Source: Akkermansiaceae bacterium
GTDB lineage: Bacteria > Verrucomicrobiota > Verrucomicrobiia > Verrucomicrobiales > Akkermansiaceae
NCBI GenBank assembly: GCA_051251915.1
Contig: JBPOGF010000001.1
Span: 96,001-160,000 of the forward strand
Direction: 5' to 3'
Length of the DNA: 64,000 nucleotides
A model generated the notes under the pieces. That model saw only the letters and a program-made list of their open reading frames with translations. It was not told where the DNA came from and ran no database searches. This document shows, piece by piece, positions 38,622 through 47,978 of the stretch. The translations under genes and the position numbers were made by a program. Position 1 is the stretch's first letter. The number at the start of each line of letters is the position of its first letter.

Positions 38622-40499
38622 ATGTCAGATAAAGAAAGAAAATCACTAGAGGAGCGTCACAATATGAGTGACTTGGATCGTTTGCGTCATAGTTGTGCAC
38701 ACGTTTTAGCGACGGCTATTCTACGCCTATGGCCAGATGCCCAGCTCGCAGGTGGACCACCTGTGGAGAGTGGATTTTATTATGATATGGAGATGGAGCA
38801 CCGATTGTCGCCTGATGACTTTCCTAAGATCGAGGCGGAGATGAAAAAGGTGGTGAAGGAGAACTCACAGTTTGAACGCATGGTGGTAAGCCGTGAGGAG
38901 GCATTGGAGTTGGCACAGAGTGGTCGACTTGGTGGTATTTCAGAACGTGCTGTGGGTAGTAAATTTAAGATCGATTTACTTGATAGCATCCCTGAGGGGG
39001 AAGAGATTTCGATCTATAAGAATAATGATTTCTGGGATTTGTGTGCGGGGCCTCATGTGGGACGCACAGGAAACTGTAAGGCGTATAAAGTGCTTAGTGT
39101 GGCGAGTGCCTTCTATAAAGGTGATAAAGATCGTGAGTCACTGCAGCGAGTATATGGCACATGTTTTAAGAATGCGACTATGCTTAATGACCACCTTGAG
39201 AAACTTGAGGAAGCTAAGAAGCGTGATCACCGCCGACTAGGTCGTGAGCTTGGTTTGTTCCACATCGATGAGATGGTGGGGCAGGGCTTGATCTTGTGGA
39301 AGCCTAAGGGTGCGATGGTGCGACGTCAGTTACAGGACTTCATCACAGCGGAGCTAGATAAGCAGGGTTATAGTCAGGTATTTACTCCGCACATTGGTAA
39401 GCTGGATCTTTACCGTACATCTGGGCATTTCCCTTATTATGAGGATAGCCAGTATGCGGCTATTCCTGAGCGTTCAGCGTTAGAGAAATTAGCAGATGAA
39501 AATGCACCTTGTGGTGAGTTGACAAATGGGTTGAAGACTGGAGAAATTGAGGGCTATATGCTAAGGCCGATGAATTGTCCTCACCATATTAAGATTTATA
39601 GTAGTGAGCACCGTAGTTACCGTGATCTTCCTGTTAGGCTGGCTGAGTTTGGTACTGTGTATCGCTGGGAGCAGTCTGGTGAGTTAGGAGGAATGACTCG
39701 TGTGCGTGGGTTTACTCAAGATGATGCGCATTTGTTCTGTCTTCCTGAGCAGGTGGACGATGAAATTCAGGGTTGCTTGGCGCTGGTTGAGAAAGTTCTG
39801 AAGACTTTAGGTATGGATGATTATCGTGTTAGATTATCATTTAGCGATCCTGATTCAGATAAGTATGTAGGTGAGCGCGATGTCTGGGAAAAGGCTGAAG
39901 CTTCATTGAAGGATGCGGTAGAGAAGCTAGGTGCTGATTATACTGTTGAATTAGGGGAAGCTGCATTTTATGGTCCTAAGATTGATTTCGTTGTGAAAGA
40001 TGTGATTGGTAGGGATTGGCAACTAGGAACTGTGCAGCTTGATTTCAATTTGCCGGAGAGGTTTGATCTCACTTATGTGGGTAATGATAATAAACCTCAC
40101 CGACCAGTGATGATCCACCGCGCGCCTTTCGGTTCGCTTGAGAGATTTGTAGGTTTATTGATTGAACATTTCGAAGGGAAATTCCCTACTTGGCTTGCTC
40201 CTGAGCAGGTGAGAGTGCTTCCATTGTCTGATAAATTCCTGGAACATGGTGAAGCGGCGGCCAAAAGATTGGCGGATGCAGGTGTGCGTGTGAGTGTGGA
40301 CCGAGCTGCTGAAAAACTTGGTGCAAAGATTCGACTTGCAAGATTAGACAGAGTGCCTTACATGTTAGTTATCGGCGGACAAGAAGCAGAGACAAACTCT
40401 GTTTCCGTACGTCACCGAGATAGACAAGATCTCGGCACTGTAACACTCGATGAATTTGTTTCTAACATATCAAAAGAAATCAACGACAGATCACTCTAA
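38622..40499 (+). CDS. thrS: Threonine--tRNA ligase
   Basis: LRHSCAHVLA, DLCAGPHV, KRDHRRLG, RPMNCPHH, RVRGFTQDDAH, AFYGPKID and IHRAPFGSLERF. Confidence 0.97.
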   Translation: MSDKERKSLEERHNMSDLDRLRHSCAHVLATAILRLWPDAQLAGGPPVESGFYYDMEMEHRLSPDDFPKIEAEMKKVVKENSQFERMVVSREEALELAQSGRLGGISERAVGSKFKIDLLDSIPEGEEISIYKNNDFWDLCAGPHVGRTGNCKAYKVLSVASAFYKGDKDRESLQRVYGTCFKNATMLNDHLEKLEEAKKRDHRRLGRELGLFHIDEMVGQGLILWKPKGAMVRRQLQDFITAELDKQGYSQVFTPHIGKLDLYRTSGHFPYYEDSQYAAIPERSALEKLADENAPCGELTNGLKTGEIEGYMLRPMNCPHHIKIYSSEHRSYRDLPVRLAEFGTVYRWEQSGELGGMTRVRGFTQDDAHLFCLPEQVDDEIQGCLALVEKVLKTLGMDDYRVRLSFSDPDSDKYVGERDVWEKAEASLKDAVEKLGADYTVELGEAAFYGPKIDFVVKDVIGRDWQLGTVQLDFNLPERFDLTYVGNDNKPHRPVMIHRAPFGSLERFVGLLIEHFEGKFPTWLAPEQVRVLPLSDKFLEHGEAAAKRLADAGVRVSVDRAAEKLGAKIRLARLDRVPYMLVIGGQEAETNSVSVRHRDRQDLGTVTLDEFVSNISKEINDRSL

Positions 40500-40563
40500 C
40501 AGATCTGCTCAAGCGCTGATCCATTAATCAAGAATATGATCGAGTAATACGTGTAGTAAAATT

Positions 40564-40616
40564 TTCCCCAACTTCTCTCATGTGAGAGAGAGCCGCATGT
40601 TGTGGCTAGTGAGGAA
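40564..40616 (+). promoter_or_regulatory. Structured thrS-infC intergenic/leader RNA with two hairpins
   Basis: TCTCTC-atgt-GAGAGA and AGCCG-catgttg-TGGCT, loosely enclosed by TTCC../..GGAA. Confidence 0.5.
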
Positions 40617-40650
40617 CCAAAAAATAAAAAATAATTAGGAGGATAAGACC

Positions 40651-41265
40651 ATAGCTAAACCAAAGAAGCCATATAAGAAACGTCGCGAAATGACCAGAGT
40701 CAACCAATACATTCGCGCGCCGAAGGTCCGTGTTGTAATGGATAACGGAGACCAGCTGGGAGTGATGAGTTCACAAGAAGCATTACAGAAGGCGAAAGCG
40801 CTTGGACTGGATCTAGTGGAAATTACTGCGAAGTCTGACCCACCAGTGTGCAAGATCTGTGATTTTGGTAAGCACAAGTACCAGATGTCTAAGTTGAAGA
40901 AGGACAAGACTAAAAGTGCTCCTAAAGTCAAAGAGATCAAGTTCCGTGTTCGTACGGAAGCTCATGATTACAACCTGAAGTGTTCACGCATCGAGAAGTT
41001 CCTCGATGAAGGCAACAAGGTGAAAGTGGGGCTGATGTTCCGCGGACGTGAGAATGCTCACAAGGAGCTAGGAGTAGAAGTACTCAAGCGCGTTGTGGCT
41101 GACATGGTAGGCATGGCGGCTGTTGATCAGCCACCTAGACTAGCCGGCCGAAATGTCAGCATGTTACTTTCACCACTTCCTGAAGAGAAGCGAGTCAGAA
41201 AGTTCACAGCCCACGATGATGAAGAATACGTGGAAGATGAAGATACGACTGACGAGGAAGAGTAA
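40651..41265 (+). CDS. infC: Translation initiation factor IF-3, probable AUA start
   Basis: RVNQYIRAPKVRVV, GLDLVEI, PPVCKICDFGK and VKEIKFR; AGGAGG at 40637-40642 lies 8 nt before in-frame ATA 40651. Confidence 0.95.
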   Translation: MAKPKKPYKKRREMTRVNQYIRAPKVRVVMDNGDQLGVMSSQEALQKAKALGLDLVEITAKSDPPVCKICDFGKHKYQMSKLKKDKTKSAPKVKEIKFRVRTEAHDYNLKCSRIEKFLDEGNKVKVGLMFRGRENAHKELGVEVLKRVVADMVGMAAVDQPPRLAGRNVSMLLSPLPEEKRVRKFTAHDDEEYVEDEDTTDEEE

Positions 41266-41298
41266 TTTTCCTTAGTTTATCTCAACCAGAATTTATCC

Positions 41299-41330
41299 AA
41301 AGCCCGCTATTTTAGCGGGCTTTGTTCTTT
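41299..41330 (+). terminator. Intrinsic terminator after infC
   Basis: AAAGCCCGCTA-ttt-TAGCGGGCTTT followed by gttctttt. Confidence 0.88.
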
Positions 41331-41613
41331 TAAGGGGTTAATGTCACTTGAGTTTAATCAGGGTTTTAATGCCATCTGCACAGTTATTCTGGCTCAATAG
41401 ATGGTGTGAATGATGGGGGACTAGCAGCAGAGCTGAATGTGAGTGGGTAAAACAATGTAGCTAGATTAGCTGCGTTAGTATTCAGTTACATAGACCGCTG
41501 TGAGCCTGTCTCCTGTCTTGCTACTTTCGCTATTTGAGCCACTATAAACAATCAAATGGTAGTACACAGAGCAAAAGAGCTAGAGTGTTTATAGTTTTCT
41601 ATCAATCGTGTGG

Positions 41614-41653
41614 AAAAAAAGATCTCACGCGGAGTGGTCGCGTGAGATCTTTT
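41614..41653 (-). terminator. Intrinsic terminator for the 41669-43738 gene
   Basis: A7-GATCTCACGCG-gagtggt-CGCGTGAGATC-T4. Confidence 0.88.
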
Positions 41654-41668
41654 GAGTAGTTGATTTTC

Positions 41669-43738
41669 TTAAAAGTCAGCTTCGTTCAGGTTGGAATCTG
41701 AAGATGAATTTGAGTCGGATTCAGAGTCAGCATTAGAGGCTGGAATAGTTTCTTTTTGGTTGATCTCGTCTTCATCAGCATCGAATTTTGCTGAGATGAT
41801 GCGTTTGATACCTGCGGAAGCGTATTTGCTGTCAGGGTGGATGTTTTCTGCTTTGAGATACCAAGTTAGAGCTTGAGCTGAGGTAGGGGATGAGTCTTCA
41901 TACCCTTGAGCTTTAGCGATGAGGTTGGCAAATTTGGCAGCTTCGCCGCTGTAGCGAGCTTTGGCTTGTGAAAGCTCAAGATCATTTGGGTGTTCTTTTT
42001 GTCTGATGTCAATGATCTCCCAGGCGGCTTCTGCAAATCCGCGGTCGTGGAGAGTCTCAGCTTCTTTCAAAGCTGCGACTACTGATGATTTCTCTCTGGT
42101 GATCTGTTGAAGTTGGTTCTTACGTGCTAGATCTTCTGAGGATTTGGAAAGATTGAATGCCGCAATGAAGCGTGAGAGGTTCTCTTCTTTCATGATAGCG
42201 GCCCATGACTTGGTTTCTACATAACGGTCAAAGTCTTGTCTTGCTACGAGCAACATGTCTTCGCTTTCGACACCGCTATCGATGATCTTATCTAGAAGGT
42301 TGTTGATGTCTTCTAGGTCTGGGTTTGATGGCCATGCGAATGTGGACTTAAACATCGCTGTTTTAAAGCGTTGTTCTTCGTTGTATCGTTCCTGAGTATC
42401 ACGTGCTTTCTTCATCTGATAGAGAGCGATCTTAGCATCTCTAGCATAGCTTTTGGATTCAGTTTTCTTGGCTGCAATGTATGACTTGGCTTCTGAGGCG
42501 TTGTAGTCACTAGCTTGATCCTGAAGAGTTTGGTTGAGTTCTTCACCGCGTTCTAGGTCGTTTGCTTCAAGGGTTTTGACCATGTCATTTGCGTCTTGAA
42601 CGTATTGCTGAATCTTTGCTTTGTCTTCGTATGCGATGATTTGGACAGCTGGTAGGAACTCGCCGATTGCGAATGCTTCGACGAGTCGTTCAGATGCTGC
42701 GTGAATGCGGCCAGAGCTGATGTTGTTATCAAATGCGCTTACTAGGGTGTCCACTTTACGGATGGCTTCATTAGCTGCCGCATCGAGTCCAGCAACTGTT
42801 GGGTTTACCCCGATTCCTTCAGAGAAGAATTTCTCAGTATCTGAGTTTTTTTGGAGTCTCATCTTGGTGTCTCCATCTTTGTAGATAAGATTATAAAATC
42901 TAGCTGCGATGATGACGTGTTCAAATCTACGCTGGATGAAGAGCTGAACCATCATTGCTTGGTATTGAACTTTAGATTGGGTGAGGTCGATGGTGCCTTC
43001 GACTTCCGTTTTTTTGATCAGAGCAGTGATTTCTACGAGGCGTTTCTGCATCATAGTATACTCGATAGATTGACCAGCTATGCTAGTGGTGCCGCCTCTA
43101 TTTCTATCGCCACCTTTGCCTTTACCTCTGTCCCCGCCTCTGCCTCTATCTTGGCCAGCAGGTTGGACATCAAGTTTACTTTCGATGACGCCCATGTTGT
43201 GGATGAGTGTCTTTTGTTCTTTAAGTAATTTGGCAATGTATTCTTTCTTGGAGCCAATGTGGTTTTTTGTGAGTTGTGCAGAGTAGATTGCGTTCGCTAG
43301 GGATTCACAGAGGTTTCCGTCGCCTGGGTATTCTGCAGCTACTGAGAGTAGATCGTAGGCTTGTTTTAGTTGAGATCCGTCAGTTTTATTTGGGGCAAGG
43401 TAGTCGAGGATTTGACGTAGTGTGGCACGATATTCGACCGCGGCTTGAGATGAGAGGGTATCGGTAGCGAGGTAAGCTTCGAATTGACCGCCGAGGTTGT
43501 TGTCCATGAGGCTGTATTTTTTGCCCTGAAAATCGATTGTTTTGTTTGTGGGGTCAACCATTGGGATTTCCTGACCGTGAGCAGAAGCTTGAGGCTCGTT
43601 CTCGCGTCTGATGACTGTGTCTCCGCCGCCAGAGTTTCCTCCACCGGCACCGGATCCAGGTGTGGAAGGCGGTTTTTGCGCGAATGTAGGTGTGATAGAG
43701 CTAGTTGCTACGAGTGCAGCGATGATTGTCTTTTTCAT
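41669..43738 (-). CDS. Hypothetical exported helical protein
   Basis: Signal peptide, Gly-rich linkers, TPR-like C-terminal helices and acidic tail. Confidence 0.8.
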   Translation of the reverse strand: MKKTIIAALVATSSITPTFAQKPPSTPGSGAGGGNSGGGDTVIRRENEPQASAHGQEIPMVDPTNKTIDFQGKKYSLMDNNLGGQFEAYLATDTLSSQAAVEYRATLRQILDYLAPNKTDGSQLKQAYDLLSVAAEYPGDGNLCESLANAIYSAQLTKNHIGSKKEYIAKLLKEQKTLIHNMGVIESKLDVQPAGQDRGRGGDRGKGKGGDRNRGGTTSIAGQSIEYTMMQKRLVEITALIKKTEVEGTIDLTQSKVQYQAMMVQLFIQRRFEHVIIAARFYNLIYKDGDTKMRLQKNSDTEKFFSEGIGVNPTVAGLDAAANEAIRKVDTLVSAFDNNISSGRIHAASERLVEAFAIGEFLPAVQIIAYEDKAKIQQYVQDANDMVKTLEANDLERGEELNQTLQDQASDYNASEAKSYIAAKKTESKSYARDAKIALYQMKKARDTQERYNEEQRFKTAMFKSTFAWPSNPDLEDINNLLDKIIDSGVESEDMLLVARQDFDRYVETKSWAAIMKEENLSRFIAAFNLSKSSEDLARKNQLQQITREKSSVVAALKEAETLHDRGFAEAAWEIIDIRQKEHPNDLELSQAKARYSGEAAKFANLIAKAQGYEDSSPTSAQALTWYLKAENIHPDSKYASAGIKRIISAKFDADEDEINQKETIPASNADSESDSNSSSDSNLNEADF

Positions 43739-43764
43739 GATGATGGAAATGGGTTATAGATAAC

Positions 43765-44163
43765 TTACTTGTCGGTGTATGATTTGGCAACTAACCATGC
43801 GTCATTTTTTGCTTTGACGATAAAGGTGTATTCTTGTTGGGTGTTGATATTTGGGCCTGCTACATCTGCTGGTATTTCGATAGGGATGGGCTCATTGTTG
43901 TAGTTTACCTGCACAACTTGTGTGACGCCTTCTTCGTAGTAAAGTTTTTTAACGACTTGTGCCTTAATCGAGAAGGTTGATCCGCGAACTGATTCTGGCG
44001 AATTTGTGTAAGTATCTGCATTGAGTTCAGTGGCATTTGAGCTGGGTTCTCTAGTGAGGATGAAATATCCGCCTGCTAATAATGCCACAGCACAGAGAGC
44101 TCCAATGATCATTGGAAGTGGATTTGATGGTGTTGATTGTGATTTGCGTGTTCTACGAGCCAT
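43765..44163 (-). CDS. Hypothetical single-TM protein with a small beta-rich (possibly OB-like) domain
   Basis: Basic N-terminus, one TM, then about 90 aa of beta-strand pattern. Confidence 0.75.
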   Translation of the reverse strand: MARRTRKSQSTPSNPLPMIIGALCAVALLAGGYFILTREPSSNATELNADTYTNSPESVRGSTFSIKAQVVKKLYYEEGVTQVVQVNYNNEPIPIEIPADVAGPNINTQQEYTFIVKAKNDAWLVAKSYTDK

Positions 44164-44243
44164 ATGATATAGTTTGATTTATTTGATAGTGTGTAAGGAT
44201 ATTGAATTGAAAAGTTACACATTAAATATAAAACCTTTAAATT

Positions 44244-44274
44244 AAAATGCCTTGCTGAACGATGTTCAGCAAGG
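44244..44274 (-). terminator. Probable terminator after the ABC gene
   Basis: CCTTGCTGAAC-gat-GTTCAGCAAGG, with a T tract on the minus-strand 3' side. Confidence 0.7.
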
Positions 44275-44307
44275 TGAAAATAGGATATTATAGTTAGTTA
44301 ATTTATG

Positions 44308-46227
44308 TTAATGTTCCCACTGATGGCGCCTAATTCCGATGTAAGTGAGTGTGAGACCGATGAGTATTTGGGTTGCTAAGATGGTCAAGCAGGTGACGGA
44401 ACCTGGATCTATAGGGGTCTGGGTGACATCTTTTACCGAGGCGTAGTAATCCGTTCTGAGGTGGGATAGGCTACCTGCCCACGCCCAGTAGGCGGAGATG
44501 AACGGGCGAGTAATGATGCCTACGGTTTCAGGTAAAGCAAGGACGGCTCCGGATAGAGGTAGCTGGAAACCAACGAGGTAGATGGATAGTAGCGATGCCT
44601 TTTCTGAGGTTTTCATCATGGATGATATGCCTAGACAGATGAATGTCATGGCTGCATTGATCATGACTAGGAAGATGAAGTGATCTACGTAACTGGTAGA
44701 GCTAGAGCCTTTGAAGTTCCAGGCGGATTCCACGGCTATGCCCATGATGAGGGACTGGACTACTATGATGGCTACTAGAAATGTAATTTTGCTGAGCAGA
44801 TAGGCAAAGGGGCTGACGCCACCGAACTTCTCTTTCTCCATGATTTTACGTTCACCGGCAATTTCTCGGGCAGCATTGTTTGAGCCCATGAGCGCTAGGA
44901 GGACCATTTGGAACATGATGATGCCTGAGACTGCACCGCCGACCTTCGCTCTGTTTGAGGCGATGGCGTTAAGTTCTTTAAGTCCTGACATGGAGTAATC
45001 TGTTCCAGCGTCTGAGAAGTTTCTTAAGTGAGCATTTCCTTGGTCCGCAAAGAGGATGACGATGAGCGGGAAGCAGATCATGATGGCTAGCTGGAGGAAA
45101 ACTTGGCCGCGGTCACGGAAGAAGATTTTCCATCGGCGAGCGAGTAGTGTGCAGAACTGGCTGAAAACGCCGGGGGTTCTTACTGTTTCGCGAGCTTCTT
45201 TGATGATGTCATCGTCAATGGAGAGGGGCTGGGAATCTGCTGATTTGTCTTTTTTCTTACTACGGCTTTGGCGTTTTGAGGCTTTAGCTGAGATTTCACC
45301 ATCTATGTCATCCCAGTCTTCATCTTCTATTTCTAGGGGGGCAGTGGCAGAATCTGGATCTGGAGTGATGGCAGCTGCTGAGCTTGCTGGGATATTGAGT
45401 TCGCCTGATTCGATGAGGCTCTTGCGGTTTTTTTCTATTTTATCGTAGTAAATATCCGCGTGTTTCTCCCAGGATTTTCTCCATCGGTTGGAGTCTTGTT
45501 TAGCTAGACGTGGGTAAATCTCCTCGGTGTCTTCCACTGAGAAGTAGTGAGTTAATCCAGCTGGAGGTCCGTGATAAGCTACTCTGCCTTCATGGAGAAC
45601 GAGGATGGAGTCATAGAGTTCTAGGTGAGCTAGTGAGTGAGTGACGGAAATGACGATGCGTCCGTCTCTGCGTGATAGGTCATGTAGTCTACGTACGATG
45701 TCTCTTTCGGAACGTGGGTCGAGCCCAGATGTTACCTCATCGCAGAGGAGTAGGGTGGGGTCGGTGACTAGTTCCATAGCTAGGCCGAGGCGACGTTTTT
45801 GACCACCGGAGAGGACTTTTACGAGTCGGTCTGAGATGGGGGCGAGTCCTGTTTCTTCGAGGACGCGGTCGATGCGTTGGTCGAGGTCATCTAAGTCACG
45901 AGTTTTGACGCGTAGCTTAGTGACTGCTTCGATGGATTCGTCTACAGTGAGTTCATCGTATGCGATGGAGAACTGAGGGACGTAGCCTAGCTCCGCTGGC
46001 TCTAGGTCGCCATCTTCTTCTAGGTCGCGGCCATCCCAGTAGATGTATCCCTCGGACATTTCATTGAGTCCGGCGATGGTATTTAGCAGGGTGGTCTTGC
46101 CACATCCAGATGGTCCGACGATGGCCATGAAGTGGCCAGTAGGTATTTTGAGATTAACACGGTCGATCAGGTTGAGTGGCTCGCCGTCCTTGTCTATGGT
46201 GAAACAGAAGTCTTTTAATTCTAGCAC
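44308..46227 (-). CDS. ABC transporter, fused ATPase and ABC-2-type permease (ABCG-like)
   Basis: GPSGCGKTT, LSGGQ, LLCDEVTSGLDP, VTHS and six C-terminal TMs; GTG start. Confidence 0.92.
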   Translation of the reverse strand: MLELKDFCFTIDKDGEPLNLIDRVNLKIPTGHFMAIVGPSGCGKTTLLNTIAGLNEMSEGYIYWDGRDLEEDGDLEPAELGYVPQFSIAYDELTVDESIEAVTKLRVKTRDLDDLDQRIDRVLEETGLAPISDRLVKVLSGGQKRRLGLAMELVTDPTLLLCDEVTSGLDPRSERDIVRRLHDLSRRDGRIVISVTHSLAHLELYDSILVLHEGRVAYHGPPAGLTHYFSVEDTEEIYPRLAKQDSNRWRKSWEKHADIYYDKIEKNRKSLIESGELNIPASSAAAITPDPDSATAPLEIEDEDWDDIDGEISAKASKRQSRSKKKDKSADSQPLSIDDDIIKEARETVRTPGVFSQFCTLLARRWKIFFRDRGQVFLQLAIMICFPLIVILFADQGNAHLRNFSDAGTDYSMSGLKELNAIASNRAKVGGAVSGIIMFQMVLLALMGSNNAAREIAGERKIMEKEKFGGVSPFAYLLSKITFLVAIIVVQSLIMGIAVESAWNFKGSSSTSYVDHFIFLVMINAAMTFICLGISSMMKTSEKASLLSIYLVGFQLPLSGAVLALPETVGIITRPFISAYWAWAGSLSHLRTDYYASVKDVTQTPIDPGSVTCLTILATQILIGLTLTYIGIRRHQWEH

Positions 46228-46300
46228 GATATTAGGCTATAAGTGGTTTAAACGTTAAGGTTACAAAACCGCAATTTTTTTATTTTGGCGAGAAGAAACC

Positions 46301-46328
46301 TTGAGAGAAATGATAATTTGAGTAGCTT
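46301..46328 (+). promoter_or_regulatory. Putative leaderless sigma70 promoter
   Basis: TTGAGA-16-TAGCTT-6 nt-ATG 46335. Confidence 0.55.
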
Positions 46329-46334
46329 ACGGTC

Positions 46335-47933
46335 ATGTCACGCAGGCGAAGAAAAAAAACTAGCACTCAAACCCAGGGAGTAAGCAGGTCTCAGAATAGA
46401 CGTAAGGGACTATGGTGGAAACTACTGTTAGGGTTCGCTGTGCTGTTGGTTGCGGGAGCATTTTTTGCATATAACAAAGTGATAGCATTTCTTCATAGCG
46501 ATGTATTTAGAGATGATGTAGCTATGCAAGTCAGTGCTAAACTTGGTACTGAGGGTGCATTTGGTGATTTTAAATGGGATGGGCTGAGTGCGGAAAATGA
46601 GAGTTTTGAGGCAAATGGTGAGGGTGCGATTTCATCAGTGGATGCGGGTGATATCTCACTAGATGTGGAGTTAGATTACATTAAGCGCGATAAATTTAGT
46701 CTCACTAATGTTCACGTCAATAGAGTGGATGCAGAGGTGGATCTACGTAGAGAGTTCTTACAATTTGAGATTGAGAAGAAGGAGAAGGGATTCTTTGAGA
46801 GCTTGCTTCCTGAGGATGTAGAGTTGTTAGATGCTGAGATAGGTAAGATTAATGCTACTGTTCAGACAGACTCGGGTGAATATAGAATCAGTGGGATGAG
46901 TCTTCAGGCAACGAGGGATGATGATGCTTATAATGCGACGATTGAAGGTGGGCTTGTGAACTTGCCATTTCCCTTTTTAAGGACGGCAAGTTTGGTGAAG
47001 GGGGAAATAATCCAATTAGATGAGGAAATCTATGTAAAGGATACCAAACTTAAGATTTACGATAGTGGTGAAATCATTCTGAATGGTGATGTGGATCTGT
47101 CACCACGTGCGAGACACCTCTATGATATGAGTGGCGTCTTGACTGGCTTGAAATGTAAGGATGTATTTCCTGATGGATGGCATAGGCATCTAACAGGAGA
47201 AGTTAGAGGTAAGTTTAAGATCTTGCCACATGAAGGGACTGAGCCTAAAATTACGGGTTGGATGGAGATACAACGAGGAACTTTGCAGGCTTTGCCTATT
47301 CTGAACACGGTGTCTTATTATCTTGCTGAGCCGAAGTATCGCACGTTGAGTTTTGAGAAGTTTACTTGTGATTATGAAAAATTTAGAGATCAGATCCATC
47401 TGCGCAATATTATATTGAGTAGTAAAGGATTGTTGAAAATAGAGGGGGATCTTAAGATTGACGGGAGTAATCTGGATGGGTTGTTTGATGTTGGTGTCCC
47501 TGCATCTTATCTTTCTAAAATCCCTGGAGCCAAGGCCAGTGTTTTTAAGCCTGGTAAGGATCAGTTGCTATGGACGAAGGTTAAAATTGGTGGTGATTTC
47601 GATGATGTCACTGAGGATCTTTCTGATAGATTGATGCAAGCAGCTACCGAGGAAATGATTCGCAGGGCGCTGGCTATGGGAGGTGAAGTAATAAGCCCTG
47701 AAACTATTAATAAACTGATCGAAGGTGGCAGTGAGGTGAAGAACAATCTTGATGAGGTTCTCAAGGGTGATAAAGGTGTCCTCGAAGGAGGAGTCGGTGC
47801 AGCTAAAGGTCTGCTCGATGGCATTACAGGATCTAAGAAAAAAGAGAAGGATGGGGAAGAAGACGAAGAGAAGGACGGAGGGGGACTCATTCCTAATTTG
47901 CCTAATCTTCCAGACGTTCTTCCTTTTCTCTAA
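46335..47933 (+). CDS. AsmA-like membrane-anchored beta-rich protein
   Basis: N-terminal TM, extended beta-strand pattern and AsmA-like C-terminal strand pattern (IHLRNIILSSKGLLKIEGDLKI). Confidence 0.6.
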   Translation: MSRRRRKKTSTQTQGVSRSQNRRKGLWWKLLLGFAVLLVAGAFFAYNKVIAFLHSDVFRDDVAMQVSAKLGTEGAFGDFKWDGLSAENESFEANGEGAISSVDAGDISLDVELDYIKRDKFSLTNVHVNRVDAEVDLRREFLQFEIEKKEKGFFESLLPEDVELLDAEIGKINATVQTDSGEYRISGMSLQATRDDDAYNATIEGGLVNLPFPFLRTASLVKGEIIQLDEEIYVKDTKLKIYDSGEIILNGDVDLSPRARHLYDMSGVLTGLKCKDVFPDGWHRHLTGEVRGKFKILPHEGTEPKITGWMEIQRGTLQALPILNTVSYYLAEPKYRTLSFEKFTCDYEKFRDQIHLRNIILSSKGLLKIEGDLKIDGSNLDGLFDVGVPASYLSKIPGAKASVFKPGKDQLLWTKVKIGGDFDDVTEDLSDRLMQAATEEMIRRALAMGGEVISPETINKLIEGGSEVKNNLDEVLKGDKGVLEGGVGAAKGLLDGITGSKKKEKDGEEDEEKDGGGLIPNLPNLPDVLPFL

Positions 47934-47978
47934 CGACGGAAAATTTATCAATTAACAATTACAAATCTAAAGTATTAC

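Noticed and set aside
41331..41613. 283-bp gap between two terminators with a 19-codon ORF (41341-41400) and an ACTATAAACA/TGTTTATAGT inverted repeat
   Set aside because: No clear promoter, recognisable RNA fold or coding signal; cannot be supported without homologues
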